From the NCBI GenBank assembly GCA_963724495.1, contig CAVRUZ010000005.1:94193-158192 (forward strand): a stretch of DNA of 64,000 nt, given 5' to 3'. This document shows positions 56,365 through 64,000 of the stretch, piece by piece. The notes under the pieces were generated by a model, which did no database searches, had not been told where the DNA came from, and saw only the letters and a list, made by a program, of their open reading frames with translations. Position 1 is the first letter of the stretch; every line of letters begins with the position of its first letter. A program made the position numbers and the translations under genes. The stretch is from an uncultured Actinomycetota bacterium (GTDB lineage: Bacteria; Actinomycetota; Actinomycetes; Propionibacteriales; DAIQRJ01).

Positions 56365-57360
56365 TCAGCCGTCGCGGAGAGAGCGCCCGGTGAGGGTCAG
56401 GAACACGTCGTCCAGCGTCGGGCGTCGGACTTCGATGTGGGTAAGGAGGATCCCGTCCCGGTCGAGGTCGCGCAGCAGGCCCGGAATGGCCGTCCCGGCC
56501 CGGCGCACGCGACCGCGTACGTGTGAGTCGAGGACCTCCACCGGATCGTCAGCGCTGTTGATCAACGTCTGCAGCTTCGCAGCAGCTCGGCTCACCTGCT
56601 CCGCGTCGGTGATCTCGAGGTCGACCAGGTCTCCGGCCAGGCCGGCCTTGAGGTTGTCGGCCGTGTCGGCGGCGACGATCTGCCCGTTGTCGATGATGAG
56701 GATTCGGTCTGCCAGCACGTCGGCCTCGTCCAGGTAGTGCGTGGTGAGGAAGACGGTTGCGTTCCGCTCAGTGCGCAGGCGGCTGATGTGCTGCCAGAGG
56801 TTGGCGCGAGCCTGCGGATCGAGTCCGGTGGTCGGCTCGTCGAGAAACACCAATGTGGGTTCGTGGATCAGCCCCATCGCGATGTCGAGGCGCCTACGCT
56901 GCCCGCCCGACATCGTCTTGGGCTGTCGCTCCCACATTCCGGTCAGGTCGAGTTCGTCGAACAGTTGCTGTCCGCGTCGCTTGGCGTCGGCCATCGACAT
57001 GCCATAGAGCATCCCGTGGTCCATGACCTCCTCACCGGCCCGCGCGGTGCTGCCGGTTGAGCCGGCCTGGGACACGTAGCCGATGCTCCGGCGTACTTGC
57101 TCGGACTCGCGGATCACGTCGTAACCCGCAACAGTCGCGGTGCCGGCAGTCGGCCGGAGCAGTGTGGTCAGCATCCGCAGAGTGGTGGTCTTGCCCGCGC
57201 CGTTGGGACCGAGGAAGGCGACGACCTCGCCCTCGGCCACGTCGAGGTCGACGCCGTTCACCGCCCGTACCTCTGACTTGGTCTTCCCGCGGCCGGTCTG
57301 GAACGTCTGCACCAGTCCGCGGGCTTGGATCTTGCGGGAGTGCAGTTGGGTGCTGGTCAT
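56365..57360 (-). CDS. ABC exporter ATP-binding protein, DrrA (daunorubicin-resistance) family
   Basis: Walker A 'GPNGAGKTTTL', signature 'MSGGQRRRLD', Walker B 'LVFLDEPTTGLD', and a DrrA-type C-terminal domain. The ATG at 57360 has a GGAG RBS. Confidence 0.9.
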   Translation of the reverse strand: MTSTQLHSRKIQARGLVQTFQTGRGKTKSEVRAVNGVDLDVAEGEVVAFLGPNGAGKTTTLRMLTTLLRPTAGTATVAGYDVIRESEQVRRSIGYVSQAGSTGSTARAGEEVMDHGMLYGMSMADAKRRGQQLFDELDLTGMWERQPKTMSGGQRRRLDIAMGLIHEPTLVFLDEPTTGLDPQARANLWQHISRLRTERNATVFLTTHYLDEADVLADRILIIDNGQIVAADTADNLKAGLAGDLVDLEITDAEQVSRAAAKLQTLINSADDPVEVLDSHVRGRVRRAGTAIPGLLRDLDRDGILLTHIEVRRPTLDDVFLTLTGRSLRDG

Positions 57361-57387
57361 CGAGACTCCTGATCGAGGGGAACGCGA

Positions 57388-57428
57388 GTATTCAAGCTTG
57401 AACAAGCGCTGTAGTCAAGCTTGAATAC
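57388..57428. promoter_or_regulatory. Double palindrome between the PadR gene and the DrrA-like gene (operator and/or terminator hairpin)
   Basis: GTATTCAAGCTTGA-N13-TCAAGCTTGAATAC, with perfect 14-bp arms. Each arm is itself palindromic around AAGCTT. It lies 28-68 nt upstream of ATG 57360 and 31 nt after the PadR stop. Confidence 0.5.
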
Positions 57429-57458
57429 CGCCGGCTTGCAGGCTGACGCGGGCGCTGG

Positions 57459-58163
57459 TCAGGATCGCGTCGAGCTCGTCTCCTGGACAGCCGGCGAGAC
57501 GACCGGCGTCGCTCCATCGTCCAGCCCCAGCAGTTCGCGGTACCGCTGGTTCTGCGCGACCATCTCGGCGGTGTGCTCGTCGACCTCGGGCGACCAGTCC
57601 ATCTGCTCGCCGGCGAAGGAGTACCTGCCGTCGGCGATGTCGGCCCGCAGGCCCCGCAACCAATCGCGTTCTGCCCGTGCGGTCTTCGCTCCGAGGTCGA
57701 CTATCGACTGCAGGTGGGACGGGTAGAGCGGCTTGGCAAGTTCCCGGCGGGTCTCCTTGAGACCTTCGATGTGCTGGCTCAGAGCTGCCTCGCGCCGCTC
57801 CAGCCAGCCGGAGACCTGCGCCCTGCTGGCCGTGCCCATCAGGTTCACGGCCGTGTGGAAGCGCATCGGGTCGAACTCGTCCACGGTGGTCAGGCACTCC
57901 TCGAGCAGGCGGTGGTACTCCGCGGTGCCGGCCTCGGTGAGGGTGTACACGCCGACCTCGCGGCCGCCGTCCGGCACAGCGTGCCGGTGCACATGTCCCT
58001 GCCGGGCAAGGGTGTTGAGCACGCTGTAGATGGACCCGGGGTTGATATGACCCCACTCGTCGACCCGCCAGGACATGAGCTCCTGCCGGACCTGATAACC
58101 GTTCACCGGGCCGAAGATGTGCACGGCACCGAGGAGCAGCAAACGCGTCTCGGTGGCGGCCAT
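57459..58163 (-). CDS. PadR family transcriptional regulator (two-domain type)
   Basis: 'LLLLGAVHIFGPVNGYQVRQEL...GSIYSVLNTLARQGHV' followed by a C-terminal dimerisation-type domain. I trimmed the track ORF to ATG 58163. Confidence 0.85.
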   Translation of the reverse strand: MAATETRLLLLGAVHIFGPVNGYQVRQELMSWRVDEWGHINPGSIYSVLNTLARQGHVHRHAVPDGGREVGVYTLTEAGTAEYHRLLEECLTTVDEFDPMRFHTAVNLMGTASRAQVSGWLERREAALSQHIEGLKETRRELAKPLYPSHLQSIVDLGAKTARAERDWLRGLRADIADGRYSFAGEQMDWSPEVDEHTAEMVAQNQRYRELLGLDDGATPVVSPAVQETSSTRS

Positions 58164-58289
58164 GCTGGGGAGTGTAGGTCTGCCCTCGGCTGCCGGTGGG
58201 GATGCATTCCGGGCAGACGGACGCGCCATGAGGACGACGCGCAGACCCGCCGGGAGCCCGTGCCCATGGCTCCCGCACCACCTGATCCA

Positions 58290-59732
58290 TCAGAGTTGCA
58301 GCGTGCGGACCAGGAGATCCCGCACCTGTCGCGGGAGATCCGGCTCGGCGACGGTGACGTCGACATCGACCGACACGCACACGATCGAGTACACGAACGC
58401 GTCCGGGTAGGACGGACCGCCGGACCTGGACCGGAGCACGCCCTGCGCGAAGACCGCCTGCCAATGGTGGACCTCGTCCTCGGGCAGTTCGGCCAGCGTC
58501 ACCGTGCGTTGGCGGGTCAGTCCGGCGACTCCGCCACTGCGGCGGACTTCGATCTGGGCATCCAACGGCGGCACCGGACCATCGCCGGATCTGGGTCCTG
58601 GCTTGGGCGCGGTGTCGTCGGGATCAGATGGCGTCGGATCGTCGGGTGCCGGTACGGGATCGGGCGTGGGTCCCGCTTCTGCGGCCATCACACCGACGGT
58701 CACCCAGCCGTCCTGCACGGCGCGTTGCTGGGACGACCCTTCGCCGAACCTGGCTCCGGCGGCAGCCACCGTGAGCCCGGCGAAGGTCGCGAAGTCGCAC
58801 GTTGTCTCGATGCTGCCGGTGAGGACGTCGTACCAGACGAGGCCGATGCCTTCCCAGGCTTTGCCGCCGATGGCCGTCGCCGCGAGAGCGAAAGCCCGGT
58901 TGGGGATTCCGGAGTTGATGTGCACGCCGCCGTTGTCATCGGTGGTCTCGACGTAGCCCGCCATGTCCGCGGGTTGCGGATCCTTGCCGAGTTGGTCGTC
59001 GTCGTAGGCAGTGCCGGGTTCCTTCATCGACCGCAGCGCGACGCCTTGCACCGCCGGCGTGAACAGGCCGGCGCCGATCAGCCAGTCGGCCTGTTCGACG
59101 GTCTGGTCGAGCTTCCGCTGCTTCACCAGTGAGCCGAAGACGTCGGAGACGTGTTCGTTGAGAGCACCGGACTGCCCGCTGTACTCGAGATTGGCCGTGT
59201 AGGCGGTGACGCCGTGCGTGAGCTCGTGCCCGATGACGTCGAGGCTCATCGTGAAGCGGTTGAACGTGATGCCGTCACCGTCGCCGAAGACCATCTGCTC
59301 GCCGTTGAAGAAGGCGTTCTCGTAGTCCTGGCCGTAGTGGACCGTGGCCAGCAGGGGCAGGCCGTTGCCGTCGAGGGAGTCCCGGTCGAACGCCTCGCTG
59401 AACAGGGCATAGGTGTCGCCGAGACCGTCGTAGGCCTCGTCGGTGGCGGCATCGCCGGTGGCCGGCTGACCTTCGGTACGGACGGTCTCGCCAGGAAGCT
59501 GCTCGGCATTCTTGGCGTCGGCGATCGTGCGCTGCAGCCCCTCCCTGGGGGTCGCCGGAACATCGCGCGCGGGCGCCCGGAACGGCGGCCGGCGCGCGTC
59601 GGTGGCCAGCGTGCGCCGGGCCCGCTCGGCGATCTCGGGATCGGGATGATTCGCGAAGGCCTCGAGCAGGTAGCGCGGGACGATCGTGCACGCCCCCAAC
59701 TCAGACGGGACGGGGTCGACGAAGCTGCTCAT
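58290..59732 (-). CDS. Protealysin-type M4 (thermolysin-family) metallopeptidase with C-terminal emfourin-like domain
   Basis: No signal peptide. Propeptide motif 'CTIVPRYLLEAF', zinc site 'VIGHELTHGV' plus 'GALNEHVSD', and 'GGVHINSGIPNRAF'. A Pro/Asp/Thr linker (aa ~351-389) is followed by 'IEVRRSGGVAGL...PDAFVYSIVCV...LPRQVRDLLVRTL'. Confidence 0.88.
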   Translation of the reverse strand: MSSFVDPVPSELGACTIVPRYLLEAFANHPDPEIAERARRTLATDARRPPFRAPARDVPATPREGLQRTIADAKNAEQLPGETVRTEGQPATGDAATDEAYDGLGDTYALFSEAFDRDSLDGNGLPLLATVHYGQDYENAFFNGEQMVFGDGDGITFNRFTMSLDVIGHELTHGVTAYTANLEYSGQSGALNEHVSDVFGSLVKQRKLDQTVEQADWLIGAGLFTPAVQGVALRSMKEPGTAYDDDQLGKDPQPADMAGYVETTDDNGGVHINSGIPNRAFALAATAIGGKAWEGIGLVWYDVLTGSIETTCDFATFAGLTVAAAGARFGEGSSQQRAVQDGWVTVGVMAAEAGPTPDPVPAPDDPTPSDPDDTAPKPGPRSGDGPVPPLDAQIEVRRSGGVAGLTRQRTVTLAELPEDEVHHWQAVFAQGVLRSRSGGPSYPDAFVYSIVCVSVDVDVTVAEPDLPRQVRDLLVRTLQL

Positions 59733-59819
59733 GTCCGGGATTCTGCACCCGGTCGCCGACAGCCTGCGCGGGGCCGGTTGGTCGACCGACCCGAGAGCCG
59801 GGAATGAGTGAGCGGCCCT

Positions 59820-60398
59820 TCACCGGCCAAGGGCCAGCGTCGCGACGGTCACGTAGGACGAGGTTCCGTCGGTCCCGGCGCCGAGTCGGGATTCCACCAA
59901 CTGCAGCTGGCTGACCGCCCAGTCAGGCCCGTTGGCGGGAGACGGCTCGCCGGCCAGGTGATTCACGACCTGGGTGACGTCGGCCGCGGGGCGCACACGG
60001 GCCAGCGTCAGGTGCGGCCGGAACGGCGTCCGGTCCGGACGAAGGTGCGCGCGCCGCAGACCGATCCGCACGTGCTTGGCCAAGCGGGCAAGGGCTTTGG
60101 CGTCGTCGGCAGTTACGCCGCCAACACCTGCCCACACGACCCCGGCCCTGCGCGGGCGCGGGAATGCACCTGCGCCGGACAGGCGAAGGACGAATGGTCT
60201 GGCGTCGCGAGCCACCTCGGCGAGTTCGGCGACGGCAGCATCCACCCGGGTGTCGGCCACCGCGGCGAGGAAGGCCAGCGTCACGTGCCAGTTCTGCCGA
60301 GCGGTCCAGCGCAGCCCTGCTACCTCCATGTCCGGATGCCTCAGGCGGCCTGCCAGGTCGGCGGTCACGTCGTCCGGCGGAACGAGGGCGACGAACAT
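59820..60398 (-). CDS. thpR: RNA 2',3'-cyclic phosphodiesterase (2H family, ThpR/LigT)
   Basis: Starts 'MFVALVPP'. Two HxT motifs: 'WHVTLAF' and 'PHLTLAR'. Confidence 0.85.
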   Translation of the reverse strand: MFVALVPPDDVTADLAGRLRHPDMEVAGLRWTARQNWHVTLAFLAAVADTRVDAAVAELAEVARDARPFVLRLSGAGAFPRPRRAGVVWAGVGGVTADDAKALARLAKHVRIGLRRAHLRPDRTPFRPHLTLARVRPAADVTQVVNHLAGEPSPANGPDWAVSQLQLVESRLGAGTDGTSSYVTVATLALGR

Positions 60399-60430
60399 CC
60401 GCGCGGTCGACGACACCGGACCTCCTTGCT

Positions 60431-60481
60431 GCACAGAGTTTCCTTGAGCACAGAGCTTCCTTGAGCTGAAGGTTTCTTGGG
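60431..60481. repeat. 17-bp tandem direct repeat (2 good copies + 1 degenerate) in a divergent promoter region
   Basis: GCACAGAGTTTCCTTGA / GCACAGAGCTTCCTTGA / GCTGAAGGTTTCTTGGG, between the thpR start (60398, -) and the DinB-family start (60633, +). Confidence 0.7.
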
Positions 60482-60632
60482 CATGGGGCACCCTGTCGGC
60501 ACAGCGTCTCGTAGTGCCCGCGGCTACGTTGCGCCAGGGTTCTCCTGGGTGCGAACGGGCGGATCAGTTGGCAGCGGCACATCCTCGCGGGACGGGTGCG
60601 CCGTGCCTGGTCGGCGCCTCTAGGCTCCGCGC

Positions 60633-61268
60633 ATGAACGATGCACCGCTGGGCACGACGGGACCGCTGGACGCGACCCAGCCGCCCGACCGGACTGAGCG
60701 CATCGCGACGGTGGAGACCGCCGATGCGCCGACACCGCAGGACGAGATCGTCCCGGACGTGAAGGACTGGACCTGGGTCCTGGAGCGCCCGTGTCCCGAC
60801 TGCGGATTCGTGGCCACCGACGTCGCCTCCGACCAGATCGCCGGCATGGTGCTGGCACTCACGGCACCGTGGCCCGATCTCCTCGAGCGAGCCGACGTCC
60901 GGACTCGCCCTGCGCCGCACGTGTGGTCGGTGCTCGAGTACGGCTGTCACGTTCGCGACGTGTGCCGGGTGTTCGAGACTCGGGTCGAGCTCCTGCTCGA
61001 CCGTGACGAACCGGCGTTCGACAACTGGGACCAGGACGACGCAGCGAGAGCCGGACAGTACGAGCGGCAGGACCCGGCCTCGGTCGCGGCCGAACTCGGG
61101 TCGGCTGCCGATCGCCTGGCTCGGGCATTCCTCCGCGTGCCCGACGACGGCTGGGTTCGCAGTGGGGTGCGCTCCAACGGCTCACACTTCACCGTGCTGA
61201 CACTCGGCCAGTACGTCCTGCACGATCTTCGGCACCACCTGCACGACGTGGACGCCACGACGACCTGA
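60633..61268 (+). CDS. DinB-family (DinB_2 / mycothiol-transferase-like) protein
   Basis: 'WSVLEYGCHVRDV' and the C-terminal His cluster 'YVLHDLRHHLHDV', plus an N-terminal 'PCPDCGF'. 211 aa. Confidence 0.75.
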   Translation: MNDAPLGTTGPLDATQPPDRTERIATVETADAPTPQDEIVPDVKDWTWVLERPCPDCGFVATDVASDQIAGMVLALTAPWPDLLERADVRTRPAPHVWSVLEYGCHVRDVCRVFETRVELLLDRDEPAFDNWDQDDAARAGQYERQDPASVAAELGSAADRLARAFLRVPDDGWVRSGVRSNGSHFTVLTLGQYVLHDLRHHLHDVDATTT

Positions 61269-61306
61269 GCCAGATATCAGGACCGACCACTTTGGGTCTG
61301 CGTCCG

Positions 61307-61734
61307 TCAGGTGCTGAGGTCTCGGCGCCGGAACATCAGCATCGCGCCGGCAAGCAGGGCTGCGGTGACGCACACCAGGGCGACCGGTCCGCCGGCGGTC
61401 ACCTGTCTCCACCGGGGCGTGCGGCGCATGGTCGAACGTGCGGAACCTGCGTAGCCGTGGCCGGCAGTGCGCGTGTCTGCTCGATTTCTGCCAGGGCCCA
61501 GCAAGGTGTGCTCGAACCAGCCGAACGACACCGCAGACCATGCAGAGCATAAAGGATCGCGGCGACGCCACCCGCCGACCCCGATGAGACTCGAGGACGT
61601 GGTCTCGTCCGACGAACAGGGCGATCACCGTGATCACCCCTGCCGAGCAGAGCAAGGCAGACCAGGATCCACTTGATGACCCCGATGGTCGTGGCCACGC
61701 GAATAGCGGGCCCAGTGACTCCGGCGTTGCTCAT
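61307..61734 (-). other. Possible small membrane-protein gene readable only across three frames (very tentative)
   Basis: The ATG at 61734 opens 'MSNAGVTGPAIRVATTIGVIKWILVCLALL'. High GC3 then moves to the +1 frame ('CSAGVITVIALFV') and again to the next +1 frame, ending '...GGPVALVCVTAALLAGAMLMFRRRDLST*' at 61307. Confidence 0.3.
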
Positions 61735-62154
61735 TGGCTTGTTCCCCCGTGTAGTCGGAACCCCGAGCTTCGCCGGCTGGCCGAGAGCCTGCAGGTGATG
61801 GAAGGCTCGGATGATGTTTCATTCGTCGTCATATTGATGGTGGTCGGAAGTTGAGATCCGCACAAGGTGTGGAGATACCCGAACGGAGACGTCAGCGCGC
61901 GTCGCGCATCGTCGAGGGCTTGACGGACGACAAGACCCGCTGAGGGAGCGATCGCGTCCGTCAGGTGGAGGCCACGACACCGCGGCGGGCAAGCGCCTGG
62001 AGTTGTCGCACGAGTTTCTCCTCTATGTCACCCGGGAGATGGACCGGATGGCGTCGGGCTGGGAGGCGCGGCGCCGTGAACTGGCCGGTGGCTGACGCCG
62101 GTCACACCCTGGAACCTGCCTTCGCCTGATCGTGCGCGTTGCTATACCTGCGGC

Positions 62155-63129
62155 ATGCGATTCGTGGTCATCGGTGCCGGAGCGGTCGGGGGCGTGGTCG
62201 GTGGACTGCTGCACAGGAGCGGGGCTGAGGTCGTGCTCGTCGCGCGCGGTGCCCACCTCGAGCACATCCAGCAGCACGGTCTCCGCCTGCTGACCTTCCA
62301 GGGGGACACCGACGAGCAGGTCACCGCGGTCGGCAGCGTCGCGGAGGTCGACTGGCGCGACGACGACGTCGCCCTGCTCGGGGCCAAGTCCGACGCAACC
62401 AACGCGCTGGTTCCGGAGCTCGCAGCCGTCGCGCCACCGTCGGTCAGCGTCGTCTGCCTGCAGAACGGGATCGCGAACGAGCCTGCCGCCGTGCGGTGGT
62501 TCGAGAAGGTCTACGGCATCACGGTGATGGCGCCGACGACTCATCTGGAGCCGGGCGTGGTCGAGGCCAACTGCGGTCCGGTCGCGGCGATCCTCGACAT
62601 CGGCCGATACCCCCGCGGCGTCGATGACACCGCGCCCGAGATCGCCGCAGCCCTCGAGCGGGCGAACATGGTGTCGGTGCCGCGCGACGACATCATGCGA
62701 TGGAAGAACCGCAAGCTCATCTCCAACCTCGGCAACGCCGTCAACGCGGCGTGCGCACCAGGTGAGGCGGCCGACGAGCTCCTCCGCCAGGTCCGCGCAG
62801 AAGGCGAGAGCGTGCTGGCGGCCGCCGGCTACGACGTCGCCACCACCGCGGAGGACCGCGAACGCCGCGGGGACATCCTGCAGCGCTATCCCCGGGAGAA
62901 CCGCACGCGTGGCGGCAGCTCGTCGTGGCAGAGCCTCGCGCGTGGCACCGGTGCGATCGAGACCGACTACCTCAACGGCGAGATCGTGCGGATCGGCAGG
63001 GAGATCGGTCACCCGGCCCCGGCCAACGAGCTCATCCGCCGGCTGGCGGTCGCGATGGCGAAGGAGCGGGCCGAGCCACAGTCGAACGACGCGGCGACGG
63101 TCCTGGCGCAGCTACAGACCGCCTCGTAG
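62155..63129 (+). CDS. Ketopantoate reductase (PanE/ApbA) family oxidoreductase
   Basis: Rossmann 'MRFVVIGAGAVGGVVGG', 'CLQNGIANE', 'WKNRKLISNLGNAV', 'ETDYLNGEIV'. Confidence 0.85.
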   Translation: MRFVVIGAGAVGGVVGGLLHRSGAEVVLVARGAHLEHIQQHGLRLLTFQGDTDEQVTAVGSVAEVDWRDDDVALLGAKSDATNALVPELAAVAPPSVSVVCLQNGIANEPAAVRWFEKVYGITVMAPTTHLEPGVVEANCGPVAAILDIGRYPRGVDDTAPEIAAALERANMVSVPRDDIMRWKNRKLISNLGNAVNAACAPGEAADELLRQVRAEGESVLAAAGYDVATTAEDRERRGDILQRYPRENRTRGGSSSWQSLARGTGAIETDYLNGEIVRIGREIGHPAPANELIRRLAVAMAKERAEPQSNDAATVLAQLQTAS

Positions 63130-63356
63130 CCGACAGCTACCTGGCCGAGCCCGCGGCAGACATGCATCGGTGCCTCAACCCCGACCGGTATGTGCACCCA
63201 TGTCGGGATTGGTCCTGGTCGGTTGCATGTGTCGTGTGTAGGGCGGTCGGCGAAGCCCAGCGTGGGCGGCCACAGAACCTGACCACACGCTCGCTGCGGA
63301 CGGATGCGGCTGCAGCGAGGTTTCCCTGACAGCATCCCTGTATGGAGCAGTCGAGC

Positions 63357-64000
63357 ATGGACCGCACGGTGACCGCCTCCCTCAGCGGCACCGTGCTGGA
63401 ACCGTCGGAACTGCTGTTCTCCGTGGCCGTCGCCGAGGACGCCGATCGCGTCGCGGAGGACTTCCGGATCACCGTCGACGGCCTGGCTGTGCAGCCGACC
63501 GAGGTGCTGGCGCCGGGCGGGAGCAGGTTGCACCTGTGCCGCGACGTCCCACCGGGTGCTCTGTCGGTGTTCTACTCGGCCACCGTCGCCGGCCGCAGCA
63601 CGCCGATCGAGGTGACCGATCTCGACGTGGCCACCTACGTCCGGCCGAGTCGCTACTGCGAGTCCGATCGGCTCGCCCAGGTCTCCTACGAGGAGTTCGG
63701 CACCCTGCGCGGCCGTGAACTGGTGGCGGCGGTCCGCGACTGGGTGCACAAGCGCCTCCAGTACCTGAGCGGCTCGAGCAGGTTCACCGACGGCGCGGTC
63801 GAGACCTACCTCGCCCGGCAGGGCGTGTGCCGCGACTTCGCCCATCTCGTGATCGCCCTGTTGCGGGCGCGCGGCGTCCCGGCCCGGATCGCCTCCGTGT
63901 ACGCGCCCGGCCTGACGCCGATGGACTTCCATGCGGTGGCAGAAGTGGCTCTCGACGGCACCTGGGAGGTCGTCGACGCCACCGAACGCGCGCCCCGGCA
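63357..64000 (+). CDS. Transglutaminase-like cysteine-protease-fold protein (3' end cut by window edge)
   Basis: Not in the ORF track because no stop lies within the window. ATG 63357 (GGAG 9 nt upstream; in-frame ATG at 63342). Catalytic Cys 'QGVCRDFAHL', His 'DFHAVAEV', Asp 'EVVDAT'. High GC3. Confidence 0.8.
   Translation, partial: MDRTVTASLSGTVLEPSELLFSVAVAEDADRVAEDFRITVDGLAVQPTEVLAPGGSRLHLCRDVPPGALSVFYSATVAGRSTPIEVTDLDVATYVRPSRYCESDRLAQVSYEEFGTLRGRELVAAVRDWVHKRLQYLSGSSRFTDGAVETYLARQGVCRDFAHLVIALLRARGVPARIASVYAPGLTPMDFHAVAEVALDGTWEVVDATERAPR

Noticed and set aside
63160-63329. Small Cys-containing ORF 'MHRCLNPDRYVHPCRDWSWSVACVVCR...' in the spacer before the transglutaminase-like gene
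   Set aside because: It has no RBS, only moderate GC3 and no recognisable motif, and it sits in the slightly AT-richer promoter region of the next gene. The evidence is not enough to call it.
1-64000. Search for tRNA, rRNA, riboswitches, transposases, integrases, prophage or defence-system genes
   Set aside because: I saw no cloverleaf-capable conserved tRNA motifs, no rRNA-like stretches, no recognisable riboswitch cores upstream of bioY, VIT1, nadE or serS, and no transposase, integrase, Cas, restriction or toxin-like ORFs. The 'phage holin family' protein (27511-27912) is a stand-alone housekeeping-type membrane protein, not part of a prophage.

Overview
This is a very GC-rich, actinobacterial-type chromosomal segment. 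Supporting signs are strong G/C at codon position 3, Tat and lipobox signal peptides, a PBP-lipo-like penicillin-binding protein, an ECF sigma factor and a DinB-family protein. I can support about 60 protein-coding genes. I found no rRNA, tRNA, CRISPR array, transposase or integrase. Many long ORFs in the supplied track are antisense or out-of-frame artefacts of the high GC content. Left to right the window contains: a Gfo/Idh/MocA oxidoreductase (5' partial); serS with a HAD hydrolase; a PAP2-like/diacylglycerol-kinase fusion; a thioredoxin-NHL protein; a class B PBP; an ECF sigma with a putative anti-sigma; a secreted protein; a nested GC-rich repeat; a 2-oxoacid dehydrogenase E1alpha-E1beta-E2 operon; a heterodimeric ABC exporter; an aminotransferase; a five-gene peptide-type ABC importer; a TauE/MarR pair; a GNAT-NUDIX fusion; VIT1; a GH29 fucosidase with an unknown 595-aa protein; fdhD-mobA; two kinase-like genes; ArsR with a dienelactone hydrolase; bioY; rbsK; a serine hydrolase; an AEC transporter; GH140-GH172; PadR; a PhyH dioxygenase; nadE; a Xi-class GST; a lipoprotein dioxygenase; an ABC-F protein; PadR-DrrAB; an M4 peptidase; thpR; DinB; a ketopantoate-reductase-family gene; and a transglutaminase-like gene (3' partial). 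I did not find a convincing, complete novel multi-gene system. The most interesting items are: (i) a protealysin-type M4 peptidase fused to an emfourin-like inhibitor domain; (ii) a lipid kinase fused to a PAP2 domain whose catalytic residues are all replaced; (iii) a co-directional PadR / double-palindrome / DrrAB / ABC-F string; (iv) several unusual tandem or nested repeats; and (v) recurrent single-base (+1) frame breaks in at least five otherwise intact genes. Those frame breaks most likely reflect assembly indels and should be resolved before any gene here is called a pseudogene.
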